A stretch of DNA of 63,806 nucleotides, filler included, from Trichomonas gallinae (lineage: Eukaryota): assembly GCA_008369845.1 (NCBI GenBank). It is 6 parts of 6 records of this genome, joined end to end, with 100 filler letters (N's around TTAATTAATTAA, not from the genome) between each part and the next. Parts side by side here need not be neighbours in the genome. Positions count along the whole stretch, not along the records: positions 20,780 to 42,752 come from MRSU01000014.1; positions 42,853 to 51,417 come from MRSU01000021.1; 4 more parts are not named here. One strand, 5' to 3'. Position 1 is the stretch's first letter, and every line of letters begins with the position of its first letter. Below, one piece after another: positions 33,759 to 46,100 of this stretch. The position numbers and the translations under genes were made by a program. The notes under the pieces were generated by a model, which was given only the letters and a program-made list of their open reading frames with translations, did no database searches and was not told the DNA's origin.

Positions 33759-34215
33759 AATTATATTAATGGTCAATTCGTTTGTTTTTCTATTATTAAA
33801 ACTATATATTTTGAATAATATTTTCCATTCGGTATACTTTTCTACGTATAATTCTCTATTATTTGAGCATGTTATTCAAAAATAAATTGGTTTTTCCATA
33901 GCTGATATATTTTAATTAGTGAATTTTAAATCATATATTCAATATTGTTGATTTAAAAATTGTTAACAAGCCTCAAGCAATGTTTATTTAAAATAAAAAA
34001 AAATTAAGACGACTATTTTCTGAGTATTCAAAAAATAATTGAGTAAAAAAATGTCATCAATTGAAAAATATTTACGACTTTCGAATCCATAAAAATCAAT
34101 AATAATCCACTCGTTATTTTAATGCATATATTTTCTTAAGTCCTTAAACAAGTTATCAACACATTAAAAATTTACCAATAGTTTACCTTTTAAAAGTGAC
34201 AATAGAAAATAGATA

Positions 34216-34845
34216 TTGGTTCTTGTATCATCACTTGATGGTGATACGGAACCAATGCATGGAATATTTTACTATGCTTTTAAGCGCAAATTTCCCATAC
34301 GTAATTATGTCGAAATTTCAGCAAGTTCTCAATATCCTGATTCAAGATGGCTTAGTTATGATAAGGTAATTGAAAATATAGAGCATGAATATGGATGGGC
34401 GTCAGAAAATAGGCCTAATTCGTATATTGAATTTAATTTTATAAATACAACTTTATTTTTAAAAGGATATAGCTTTATGACGCCATATGGTGATGATGAA
34501 ATCATTAGAAATTGGCGCATTGATTGCAAGAATGGCAACTCATATGCTGCTATTGATAATCATATCAATGATGGGAGTTTGTGCCCAGGATTGCAACCGA
34601 ACAATTACTGCGGCAAAAATGATAAGAAACTTTTTTCACTGCCTTCAAACTTTTTTTGTGATTCAGTGAGAATTGTTCAAACTGGGCCAAACCAAAGTAA
34701 AAGAGACTATTTGAGTTTAAATGCAGTAGATTTTATAGGAATGCTTTTCAGCATCTCTGATTGCCATGTACAGACGATGTGCGCGTGTTACTGCAGATAT
34801 AACGTTTTTATAATGAATTGTTATATTTTTGTAACAATAGATTGA
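34216..34845 (+). CDS. F5/8 type C (discoidin/galactose-binding)-like protein; 5' end degenerate
   Basis: ISASS, WASENRPNSYIEFNF, YSFMT, VRIVQTGPN, LSLNAVDFIG. In-frame stops upstream; first ATG at 34255. Confidence 0.65.
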   Translation: MVLVSSLDGDTEPMHGIFYYAFKRKFPIRNYVEISASSQYPDSRWLSYDKVIENIEHEYGWASENRPNSYIEFNFINTTLFLKGYSFMTPYGDDEIIRNWRIDCKNGNSYAAIDNHINDGSLCPGLQPNNYCGKNDKKLFSLPSNFFCDSVRIVQTGPNQSKRDYLSLNAVDFIGMLFSISDCHVQTMCACYCRYNVFIMNCYIFVTID

Positions 34846-34894
34846 TAAACTAAATCTTTATTTATCTATTTTTATATATAAATGTAAGCAGCTT

Positions 34895-35910
34895 TCATAT
34901 TGAAATCATAATGACGTAGTATTTAAAATCAACAACTTTACATTCATATGCATTCACACCACAGTTATCTGTGATTTTGAAAACTTTGATGTTGTTTAAT
35001 ATTAAATCATTGGCCATTTCAGCCACGCATTCATCACGTGATAAATAGAATGCTGAAATTGAATTAGAATTTGAAAGTCTATTAGAATAAGTAAGCATAC
35101 CGATTCCAGTAGAGGAAATAGAATCAAAATAACAAGATATTAAAGAAATTTTACTTCCTGAATGTTTATAAAAAACAGGATTTGGTCTATTATCAAATAG
35201 ATAACATGAATTAAAAATGATTTCATTTGATATCCAAAATACAGTATTTGAGTTAATTCTGGTGTTGGATATAATGTTGCAATTATCTATATATTTCATA
35301 GCTGTACAATCTAAATGAAATGTATCAGAAGATGATTGAGAATTTTTATAGAATGTGTTGTATTTCCAACAAAATTCGGTGTTTCCTTGTTCGTGTACAT
35401 AACCTGAATAGCTATTACAAGAGCTTTGAGATACATTTAAGTTTGATACCTTTTCAGGCCCTTGGTACACATAAATCGTGTATGTGTTTTCTGAAATACT
35501 TTTGCCGCAGCTTGAGACTGTTGAAAGATTAAAATACAACTTCACATCAGTTCTATCAGGGGTGTAAATATAATAACTCAACGTGTTTGCGGATATTGAT
35601 TTAAAATAGCATGATCGGTCTTGAATAAAATGACTGTTGCTTTTAAAATAAAGAGATCCACCAGATGCTGTACTGGAGCATTCTGCAAATGTAGTGTCTT
35701 CAACTAGAAGTATCGAGTTTGATGTAGTATCTATTCTAATTGCGCCATTTGTCTTCTGCTGAAAGTAGTTGCAATATGTGACATAATAGTTACCGGTTGA
35801 TACTGAAAATGCTGTAGTTTCATGTGTTTTTGTGTTTTTACTTGTACTTCCAAAATAAGTCGCCCAATCAAGATAAATTTACATCATTAAAGAATAACGA
35901 AATAAAGCAT
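34895..35910 (-). pseudogene. Beta-helix (pectin-lyase/Pmp-like) surface-family gene with disrupted 5' end
   Basis: Frame is open 34895-35878 (DWATYFG, NGAIRI, ECSSTASGGSLYF), longer than the ORF track shows. The signal-like ATG at 35910 is out of frame and TAA lies at 35881. Confidence 0.6.
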
Positions 35911-37344
35911 TTTTTCGAAAAGTGATAACAAATAAAAATTATTCGAATTTTGTGAAGCAACTATAAACTCCTAATTTAATTCACATTTATCTTTAATAAA
36001 TTCAGTTTATTTGATCAATTGTACTAGTAATAGGCACATTATGGAATGTGTAATATGATCTCGGAATCCTACAAACCAAAAATCTCAGCTATGGGATGCT
36101 TGAACGTGACGTTACTTTTAACCGGACATAAAAATGTGCAAACTTTCTGGATTTAGTCAAAAACATTGTTCATCGGTATAAGCATGATCATCTGCCGACG
36201 AATTTCATCATCGGATGTATTTTTTTTTCTGTATAATTATCAGTGGATAATTCATTTTATAAACATATGTATGTACTTATGCATATAATAAAAATTATAT
36301 ATAAAACTTTTATTATAAAGTTAATATTATACTTATTTTTTTTCATCCGTGAATTCGTAGATATAACTTTTTCCAAAATATCGAGTATTTTATGAAGTTG
36401 CTCAATATTGATCAATCATATTAATAAGAACTAAATAAACGCAGATATGACTCCTCTTGTTTTTTGCATGAATAAAGATCTTTTGCAAAGAGAACATAAT
36501 ATCTAAGTTTTCTCTTGCAACCAGTTCTAGAAATGCGACATCAGCGTAATCTTTCCCAATCAAGCACTGCATAAGTGACTCGATCTACTTCCTCTATCTT
36601 GTGTTTTTGTTGCATTTTTTTATTTTGCAAGATGAAATATTCTATACATATTACAAAATTATCTTTGTGCAAGATGGAATATACATTATAACTTCAATAT
36701 AGAAATGTAATCTAAATAGGCCAATTAACATAGAATTAATGTATTTGAATTGAATCATAAAGTATTTTATTAATAGTAGGCCAAAGTAGTTGAGGATACA
36801 GTAATACTATATTCCTAGATGCAACATTAAAAATTATATTATTCAAACACTCAAAATATATAGATAATCAATTATTCCACAGTGCAAAAAGTAATATCAT
36901 GCAATTTGATTATGCAAACTGCAATTATATCAATAATGCAGCTCAAATACGCTTTGGCATAATGATTCTTTATAGATTAATTTTATTGATTAGCGAAGAA
37001 CATGTTTTATTTCGCAGAAATGAGCAATTATAAATCAACTCGAAAAATTTAGCTCAAAGCGATAAACAATTATATATGTTTTCGTTCTAAATTATAATAA
37101 TGACTTTCGATAAAACAGTGATAGTTGGTATGAGCATGTCATAATGATAAATATATGTAAATTCGGCTTCAAAGAAGCTAGAGACATGCGTGTATCAAAG
37201 GATCGGTTGTGATTTAATTATTTCCAATATTATTTTGCTAAAAATGATTGATAATCGTTGCCAATGTTATACGCTTGGCCAAAATAAGCAGAATATTAAC
37301 TAAACATATATATTTACTGCAAACAAAAAAGAACAAAGAGAAAA

Positions 37345-37925
37345 TTAGTACCAGTTATCTCCACTAAATATACTACGTGAAGAGTATGCTGGTGTATTTA
37401 ATACATTTGGTACTACTTCTTTGAAAATAACATCTGTATTGAAATTATGAGGATTTTTGAACTTGAGTTTGAAATTAGGAGTAGAAACTTCTTCATCAAT
37501 GATACTATTCCAATTATGTTTGTTTTCGGAAAGAATGAAAGATGTATCTTTATTTTTAGGGAAAATTTCCAATTGAGATTCACCAAGAGATTGAAAAGAA
37601 GGCTTTTCGATTTGAGACTCTTCATCAACTAGCTCACTTTCATTGGATGTTGAGTCTGAAAGACCTTGAACTAAACATACAAGTAATAAGTAATAATTCC
37701 ATAAGTTACTGGATAAACGAACGAAGGATTCTCATCACCTTGATCATCCATATGCGAACTTTTATTTTTTTCGAAGAACTCACTTTGACTTTTTAACGAA
37801 TATAAAGAATTGAACATAGGAGAGATTGAAGGACTGTACATGCTCATTATCTGTATGTCATGTATGGGAACATGCATGTTCCATTGCTCTGTTGATCTGC
37901 ACAAACGAATAAAAACGAAAAACAT
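37345..37925 (-). pseudogene. Frameshifted gene fragment with signal-peptide-like start
   Basis: MFFVFIRLC ORF overlaps a second frame (VQGLSDSTSNES...EIFPKN); a -1 shift is needed. Confidence 0.4.
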
Positions 37926-39117
37926 TTTGGAAATTACTGCAATGAATCTTTTGAGTTTTCAAATATAATCTGCAAAAGAAATGATAATGAGTCTATATAT
38001 GTTTATCTTAAAACATCAAACCGCTTTTCTCTTATCAAAAATTCAAATAAAATTTAGCAATTTTGTAAACTTCTCATTGTTATAATAACGATAATTTTCC
38101 CTTCAAATTACTATACCATTCAAATCAAAATAACCATATACAAAATATCAATATTTTTTACACATTTTTAGAACGCTGTCACACCCGTAAAATATATAGA
38201 AACTTCACAATTTCGAATTATGGAAAATTTTTATCCAACAGGAAAAAATAGAACAAAATTAAAAATATATATTCGATACAAACGTTTGCCATGTAAAAAC
38301 AAAAAATTGAAATCTAACTTACAAAAAGTTCCTTCAATTTTTCAATGCAACAGTTAAAAATTGCTATCGTATTTAAAATATCTTTCTATTTATTTAGTAG
38401 AGAGAATTCCGTTTCTAAAAAATCGCAATTTAGAATATTTCGCACGTTTTTATGGGCGCGAAAGCATCCTAAAAATGTGTGAAAACTATCATTATCATGC
38501 TTCACTTTAAATTATATTTAAATTTGAATTGAAAATAATCGTATGTTATTTTATGGGCGTAAAAGCAAAATATTTAAGATTGTATCTGCTTTATATTTGA
38601 AGCTTTTTGGGGCGCAGAAATGATTTCAGTCTATTTTCATGTGACAACAATATGGATTAATCCTATGCGTATCTATCTTTGTGCATGAATCATTGCGTTA
38701 TTAGTTATAATAATTTTATTTCGAATCACAAAGTTAAAATAAACGGGATTATTGTTTTGAGTGGAAAATAATAGCATTTATAAATTTACCATCAATATTT
38801 CGCAATAATTTCAAATATATCGTTCTACAATGAAGAATTTGCTAAATTTCAAATAAAATCATTCTGTAGGTCGAACAGTAATTTTTGTAATTTCAATTGT
38901 ATGCCTTTCCCCTTTATATTTCTAACCACACGCAGCATTATATTCTATATTATACAAATCTATGCTAATAATGTATACTTATCATAGATTAATATTTTGA
39001 AATCAAATTTAATGAATAATTCTTAAATTGAATTCGACTATAGTTATAATCCTCTTAAATGCATTGTAAAATTAACGAAACAAGTGCAAATTTAAAAATA
39101 ATATAAATAACAATTTA

Positions 39118-42100
39118 TTAAGTAAACAAAATAGATGTATGCGTCATTCTATCATAATAGTTGAGGGATGTGAAATTGTCTTTGTCATTTGGGTTTCCAT
39201 CTCCATCAAATAACACTAAATCTTGAAGCTGTTCGATTTTAGAGACATAAGTTACTTTCAAGCCTTTAGGATTCCTATATTCTACTTTAATTTCAACTTT
39301 GCAGTCTTCTTTTGGATAATATTTTTCGAAAATTATTATTCCTTCATTATTGTCAAATAATCTTAATCCGTTATTAGATATTATTACTCCTTTGTATATA
39401 AACTTTTCATCAATGAGAACACATTGAATATTATCTGCTTTAAAATACAAAAGATCAATTGTATTCATGTCAGGAATCCGACAATTTTCGACTCTGAAGA
39501 GTTTGTAATTTTGATAGCGATGGAAGTTAATTATCCTGCTGAATACTTGATAATATTTTTTGTCGAACTCGTCGATCATCGAATTCGCCTGCTGAAAGCT
39601 TTCATCATCACTCGATTTCTTGTATAATGGACTGAATGTTCTTGTGCGTTTACTATGCGAATTGCTTAAATGATATTCGAGCTCACCAACTTTTATTTGG
39701 TAGGCGGATTCTGGTTTGTTTGTTGCAATTTTCCTTAGAGCACTGCCTGCTTCTAAAAAACAATCATAGTACTGCAGTAGATGAGTAAATAATGGGCAAA
39801 TGTTTGTGTTTTCGTCTAACCGGAAAATGAAAACCTTGATCATCTGTAGATTGCATCTTAACAAGCAGCAAAACTTGTTGACATTCATGCGAACATTTCG
39901 TGGAAGATTATTCATTATTGGATCTTTGAGTGTTTCGCATATTTCTGATAAATCGGATATCAATGTTTTCTTCAATTCATTATTTAAGCAAAGAAACTTT
40001 TGAGTTCTTTCTGTTTCCTTCAAGAAATTCATAATTATTTTATATCCACGCGATTTAGCAAGATCATAAAGAGTATTATACCAATGGTTCGGATATTTTC
40101 CGTGGAAATCATATCCAATGTTTTCCAAAAAAACTAAACAGTTGTAAATTTCATAAACATTATTTCCTTTTTCGATGATATAATATGGTAGTTCATGGTC
40201 CTTGTTATCCATAATATTTTCGTGATAATGTTGAAGATTCGAATAAGTGACAGGAGTAAAATATCCACTTTTTTCGTCTTTTATAAATTTATTTTCTGGA
40301 TTATAATCTTTGTTAGTTATTATGATAGCATGTTTCTTCTTCTCCTCTGCCTTAACAGCAAGTGATCCATGTTGGCATAAATAATCTATACATCTAGAAA
40401 ATTGTCTTTTTGTCACTACATCAATTGCGTATTTTTTAATTTTCTTATCTGTTTTACAGCTTTTGTTAAAATCACAACCAAAGTCGTTTAAGAGTTCAAG
40501 GCACCTTAATAGCTCATCATCTGTCTCAATAGTTTCTGAATACCAATAGACAAGAGGCTTCTTTTGAAAAACTGCATCAACGATTTTTGTTCTTGATAAA
40601 AACTCTTTCAAATCTGTATAGTTTGGTGAGTGAAAGACTGGGATTGATAAATTTTCGATCTGTTCAAGGACTTCTTGGGTTTTGTATTTCATAAAATAAT
40701 CAATTGGCATCATGTTATAAGAATCCTTTTCAAATAACAGATTTATGTTATTTTTCCAAAATTCATCTGTTTTATCTGAATCATAGAATACATTTTCATA
40801 TTTTTCAATAGTATATTTTCGAATTAGAGCTTGAAATGTTGTGGATGATAATTCAATGGAACAATATTTGCCAATAATATGGAAAATGTTTTGGTTGTTT
40901 AAATTTTTCGTTTCAACTGAGAATAGAAAAGATGAAATTAAATTTGTTATCAAAAATTCGTTGTTTTCTTGAAATGATAATTCTAAATACTTCATGACAT
41001 CCCAATTTGGATCCTTCTCAGTGATAATTTGAAGCTGTTCTAAAGTTGATTTCTCTAAATTAAATTTTTGAATTATTTGGTGAAAATTAAGTGTGCAATC
41101 CGCTTTGTTAAGTAAAAACTTTAATGCATCTAATTTCCCGCATTCAACTGCATATTCTATGTCTTTTTGAAAATTAATTTTTGATTTTTGAAAAATATAT
41201 TTCAAATTATCTTCTATTGATATAATTTCATCGAAATTGATAGCATTATGCATGAGATCATTACCGTTCCTATCAAGAACATCAAATTTCGGAATCAAAT
41301 CTAAAAAACATTTTAATGCATCCATTATGTCGTTATTTTGGAAGCAGCAGTAAATAGGGTGCTCATATTTGTAAGAATTAACATTTTCAGGTGTAAGAAT
41401 CTTTTTAAGAAGAGGAATGGATAATCTTGCAGCAATATGAATAAAATTTTCGTGATTAAGTAAAAATTCTACATTTTTTCTCTTTCTAAGATCATAATCC
41501 TCAATTCTTGATGAAGGACTATCAATAATAGCTTTTTTCAATAAATTGAACATTTCTAGAATTGGCTCTGATAGGCCTACAAGTTGTTCTGTGCTGTAAT
41601 TTATGTGTAGACCTACGCATTTGTCAAATATATCTCCTTTTTTTAGTGATTTGATAATATATTTGATAGAATTTGTATCGAAAAAACCGTAATTATTCGT
41701 CGAATATAGAATTGGTTTCAGCCAATTTGTAGTTAGAAGCTTGTTAAATAACGAATGATAGTAATTTGGGCTAAATATATCCCGCATCTGGACGAAATAT
41801 TTTGAAACTAAGAGTTTTATATGATTTTCTCGATGATAATATATACAAAGATCTGTAATATAGTATAAATTCATGCATATATCGGTCGGAATTTGCTCGT
41901 TTATTTTTAAAAAGGTTTCATATGATGATTTTTCGATTAGCAATTTGTATGGAGTATATCCATTGTTGTTTTTAAGCATTGTGTCGCATCCATTGTTGTA
42001 TAATTCGATAAAAGTTTTTGGATCATTATAACAAACGTGTAAAGGGTTATTTCCGTTGTAGTCTATATGATTCACGCTCATAAAATACTTGATTATTGTA

Positions 42101-42273
42101 GGAATTCGTTCATATTTTTCTTTTTCGCCGAAATAATGTAAAATTGTTTGTTTTTCATGATTTATTATGGTGTCAAAGCTGTAGTATTTCAGAACATATG
42201 AACAAAGCATCCTTTTGATGTCATGTTTGTATTCACTACTAAAAATTTCGCATATTTTTTGAAAGTCATCCAT
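39118..42273 (-). CDS. Degenerate ankyrin-repeat protein, possibly with a C-terminal DH(RhoGEF)-PH-like region
   Basis: DYNGNNPLH, NNNGYTPY, DRNGNDLMH, DSYNMMPID. The C-terminal helical then beta-rich region is only weakly DH-PH-like. Confidence 0.7.
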   Translation of the reverse strand: MDDFQKICEIFSSEYKHDIKRMLCSYVLKYYSFDTIINHEKQTILHYFGEKEKYERIPTIIKYFMSVNHIDYNGNNPLHVCYNDPKTFIELYNNGCDTMLKNNNGYTPYKLLIEKSSYETFLKINEQIPTDICMNLYYITDLCIYYHRENHIKLLVSKYFVQMRDIFSPNYYHSLFNKLLTTNWLKPILYSTNNYGFFDTNSIKYIIKSLKKGDIFDKCVGLHINYSTEQLVGLSEPILEMFNLLKKAIIDSPSSRIEDYDLRKRKNVEFLLNHENFIHIAARLSIPLLKKILTPENVNSYKYEHPIYCCFQNNDIMDALKCFLDLIPKFDVLDRNGNDLMHNAINFDEIISIEDNLKYIFQKSKINFQKDIEYAVECGKLDALKFLLNKADCTLNFHQIIQKFNLEKSTLEQLQIITEKDPNWDVMKYLELSFQENNEFLITNLISSFLFSVETKNLNNQNIFHIIGKYCSIELSSTTFQALIRKYTIEKYENVFYDSDKTDEFWKNNINLLFEKDSYNMMPIDYFMKYKTQEVLEQIENLSIPVFHSPNYTDLKEFLSRTKIVDAVFQKKPLVYWYSETIETDDELLRCLELLNDFGCDFNKSCKTDKKIKKYAIDVVTKRQFSRCIDYLCQHGSLAVKAEEKKKHAIIITNKDYNPENKFIKDEKSGYFTPVTYSNLQHYHENIMDNKDHELPYYIIEKGNNVYEIYNCLVFLENIGYDFHGKYPNHWYNTLYDLAKSRGYKIIMNFLKETERTQKFLCLNNELKKTLISDLSEICETLKDPIMNNLPRNVRMNVNKFCCLLRCNLQMIKVFIFRLDENTNICPLFTHLLQYYDCFLEAGSALRKIATNKPESAYQIKVGELEYHLSNSHSKRTRTFSPLYKKSSDDESFQQANSMIDEFDKKYYQVFSRIINFHRYQNYKLFRVENCRIPDMNTIDLLYFKADNIQCVLIDEKFIYKGVIISNNGLRLFDNNEGIIIFEKYYPKEDCKVEIKVEYRNPKGLKVTYVSKIEQLQDLVLFDGDGNPNDKDNFTSLNYYDRMTHTSILFT

Positions 42274-42500
42274 GTAAATGATTTTTGATGGAATTTTTAA
42301 AATGATATAGCCAATTTCATTTCTCTTACGAATTTATATCAAATATATACATTTTCTAACTATGGAGGATGTAATGGCGAAGAAATGAGCAAATAATGAA
42401 AATTTTGCAAAATTTGACATCTTACATGTCATCTAAATTTCACGAATATATCACACAAATATCTATGTTCATATAGTTGACAATAGTTATGTTCTCATAA

Positions 42501-42664
42501 TAAGGATGTCGAAAAGTGGTTGTTGGGTACTCCGATTGATTCGAAATCCTTGTTTAAAAAGGTTTTTTTTTTTTTTTTTTTTTTGAAGATTTCCCCACAA
42601 GTGACCAACTTTTTCACCTGGGGTATAGCAAAACAGGCGAGTGGGTTATTTTGCGACATCCTTA
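42501..42664. mobile_element. MITE, second copy of the TA|AGGATGTCG family
   Basis: Perfect inverted ataaggatgtcg (42500-42511) and cgacatccttat (42654-42665); its right end aligns gap-free to 25248 onward. Confidence 0.7.
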
Positions 42665-42752
42665 TCCATAGCAATAATTACATTCTATATATTTTATAAC
42701 ATCACCTTGGGATGGAGAATTTAATTATTTTTTTTTTTTTTTTTTTTTTTTT

Positions 42753-42852
42753 NNNNNNNNNNNNNNNNNNNNNNNNNNNNNNNNNNNNNNNNNNNNTTAA
42801 TTAATTAANNNNNNNNNNNNNNNNNNNNNNNNNNNNNNNNNNNNNNNNNNNN
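42753..42852. other. Artificial contig linker
   Basis: N44-TTAATTAATTAA-N44. Confidence 0.98.
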
Positions 42853-43193
42853 TTGACACATCAGATTTCAATAGAATTCAGTGCTAAGAAGCATTGAAAA
42901 TATAACTACACAATCATCACTTCATTTTAATGAACTATAGCAAAAATATCATTTTATCGAAAATGCTTCAGACAATGATAATGTGCATAATATTTGACCT
43001 TATATTCACCAAGTTAATCTTCTGCAAATAGTAATAATGTATGTGATTAGCTTTCTTGGTTATGTTTCTCTACTAAAATTACATTGTTCAAATGAAAATA
43101 TTTGAGCATTTTTAATAGGAGCAGATTATATGTTTGGATGAGAAAATCAAAAATTATCGAAATAAGAATAAGTTTTAAATATGAAAAATATTA

Positions 43194-46100
43194 TTAGAAA
43201 ACAGAAGGAATGTCAGGGTCATCGAATAGTCCCTGTGATAACTCAGAAACAACTTGCATTGAAGGGATGAACAATGAGAAGTCGATGTTGTGCTCTTCTC
43301 GCCTTTCTTCGTCGACGTATTCGACTTCTTGCTCAGTTGGCTCTTGCTCACGATTCTGGAAGTGAGAAGCAGTACCGTGTGGTGGTGGATGATGCCTTGG
43401 ATCAATGCTGTTTACTTCATCATCATTATACAAGGCGTCTTTGAGCATCAAGTTCTTGACTTTAGCGAATAATCCCTGCTGAAGACGGACTTCACATGTC
43501 TGGACTTCATTGACCTCAATCTTCATCTGTGCCTTGAACAGAAGTTTTGACCACGATGTGAATGGCTGTGCTGGCGCGCATAGTATTGAGTCATGGATTA
43601 TTCTCTGGAGCGAGCAAGGGAAAAAGCCTGTGTCGTTGATAAACAGCGGCGGATATGTCTCGATGTGCATGAAGCAGTCGACATTTTCATCGTAAACGTC
43701 GTTGAACTCGAACTTAGACATGAAGAAAATCTTAGGGAATTTCGGCGCAATTGTTGATGCACCAGACATGATAACTCTCTTGATTGTGCCACCACGCTGC
43801 TGAATTATTGCTAGGAGTTGATCGGCGGCGTAGCTTGGTGGAGAATTTGCGCATGTGTATGCAATGATGGAAACAGTTGTCTCGTCAACTTTGCTGTTGA
43901 CCATCGACATGAATGCAGCGCAGAAGTCGAAGATCATTTGCTGTATGCTTCCTGTTGTTGTAGCAGCAATTTGGCCTAATAATCTAAACGCAACATTGAC
44001 GTCGACTTCACCGATCTTCTTCGATGTTCCGACAGTCATCATCTGATCTACGTCGCTCTGTGATGATCCAGTGATGTTCGCGAGAGTGTGAAGAGCGATG
44101 AAGACGAATTTAGCAGCATCTGGGTCTCCGAAGGCGACATTAACTAAGCTATTTGTCTCAAGCATTGCTGTGAGTTCAAACAATAATGGTACAGATTCTT
44201 TGTTGAACTTTGATTCTGATATCATCGTCAAAACTCCATCGAAGTCTTTAGGTCTGCCTTGTTTCCTGATCTTTTCTGCTGCACCTTTCTTCTTGAGCAC
44301 AGCAATCATTACACTCATCGCTGAGTTCAATATAGAGACATATTCGACGCTGCCGCATTTAGAGAATCCGGCCGCAGTCCAGAAAACTTCAACGAAAATT
44401 TCATCGCTGAGTTCAACGCAAACTCTAAGAAGATCAAGGCAAGCAGTGATATATTGCGCTGTTGTCTTCCAGTCGACATTCTGCTGGTCATCGACAATGA
44501 CATAGAACCACTGGCTCTGCGATGGTTTGGCGAGACCGTTTGACTTTTCGTACAAACATGTCGCGCAAACATATAAGTTCCTCAGAACTTTCTGTACAAT
44601 GTCTTTCGCGTTAACTTTGTCGACGCACTGTGTATATAGTCTCAGTGCGCGTGATGCGTATGATAATTCACCGCAGCAAAGACCCCAGACTAATAACTCG
44701 TTCAATATTTCTGTTTTGAGTTCTTCGTTTAAGTTTTTGATTAACTCGATGACTGACTCTTCCTGGCCAGTGAAGCACTGAGGAATAATGTTCCTGAATG
44801 AAACCAAAGTCTCCTGGAAATCGTTGAAGGTAATAACAGTGAAAATGATGAGCCATGGCTTATACTTTTCGACATCAGTCGAGAATTGATCGAACAAATC
44901 TTTGATTGTTGTCAAGACGAATGTTATAGCATCTTCATACATGATAATGTTGTTTGCGTCACTGTCTGCGTTTTGTGCCTGTCCAATGAATTTGTCGATG
45001 TCGAACAAGGCGTCGAACTTGCCGATCATTACATCCATGTGATGCCAGAATGAGAACCTTAAGAACTGAAGCATGTCCCTGAAAACTGTGTCAGGAGAAA
45101 CCATGAATATATAAGCTATAGTTGTCTGGAATGTTTTGTTGTCGCCGCGCAAAATGTGATTGATCATGATTGTTATAATAATGAAATGCGCGATGTCCAT
45201 GGAATCCTCTGTCTTTCCTTCAATCGCACGCCTGATCAATCTCAAAGTGTTAATGTTCTTCGGTAGGTTAAGGAGGAGTTCTGTGAACGAGAAAGCTGTG
45301 ACACAGCAATATTCGTCTGAAGTTCCAACAATTACTTTCTGTTTTTCAGCATCATTGAAGCAGACATTCGCGAGCCACGGCTCAACTACATTTGCGCATT
45401 CAGGGCACTTAAAGCTCAGTTGCATCATAGCGACAACAAACTGTTCGCCTATGAATGGGATCCTTCTGTACAAATTCGAACTCAAAGCAATTGCTGGGCT
45501 GACGCAAGACCCGTGGATGTGATTCAACATGTTACTCGTGTGTTCAGTTATGTTCTTGAAAACTATAGCTATGTCTTCTGGCTCGCAGAAAGCTGTTGCT
45601 GTTCCAAGTCCTACTGCTTTAAGGACTCTCAGAGCTGATTTCTTTCCTGCAACTCCTTCTCCTATTATATAGTAAAATGCCGTCGCGAGAATATTTCCTG
45701 CGTTATATAGAATTTGCTTCGTGAAAACGTCTTCTTCTTGGTTCCTGTTCTCGTAGTTTTCTACAGCTGCAGTTTGCAGCTCCATAAGATTCTCTTCGAA
45801 GCTTGGAAACATGTTTGCTATCGCGTGGAAATATTTTGGCTCATCTTCAGCTTTCTTGATGAAGACAGGGAGCTGTGTTTCTATGCATCTGACTAAGAAC
45901 CTCGACAGCAACAAAATGTGATCATCAGTTATTAAATTAATCGAGTTGACGAATTCCAAGTAACAGAATTCAGGCAATGGGAAGACTGACAATAAACTTG
46001 ATAAGCATGTCTGTGCTGCTTCAGTTACTTCTGGAATTCCGATCAAATTTAATGTAAAAGCGAACCAGCTCTTGTAGTCTGTGTCATATGGGAACTTGGA

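Noticed and set aside
37671..37709. 39-nt GT...AG candidate intron on the minus strand
   Set aside because: Removal does not join the two frames (a stop follows soon) and there is no ACTAAC branch motif.
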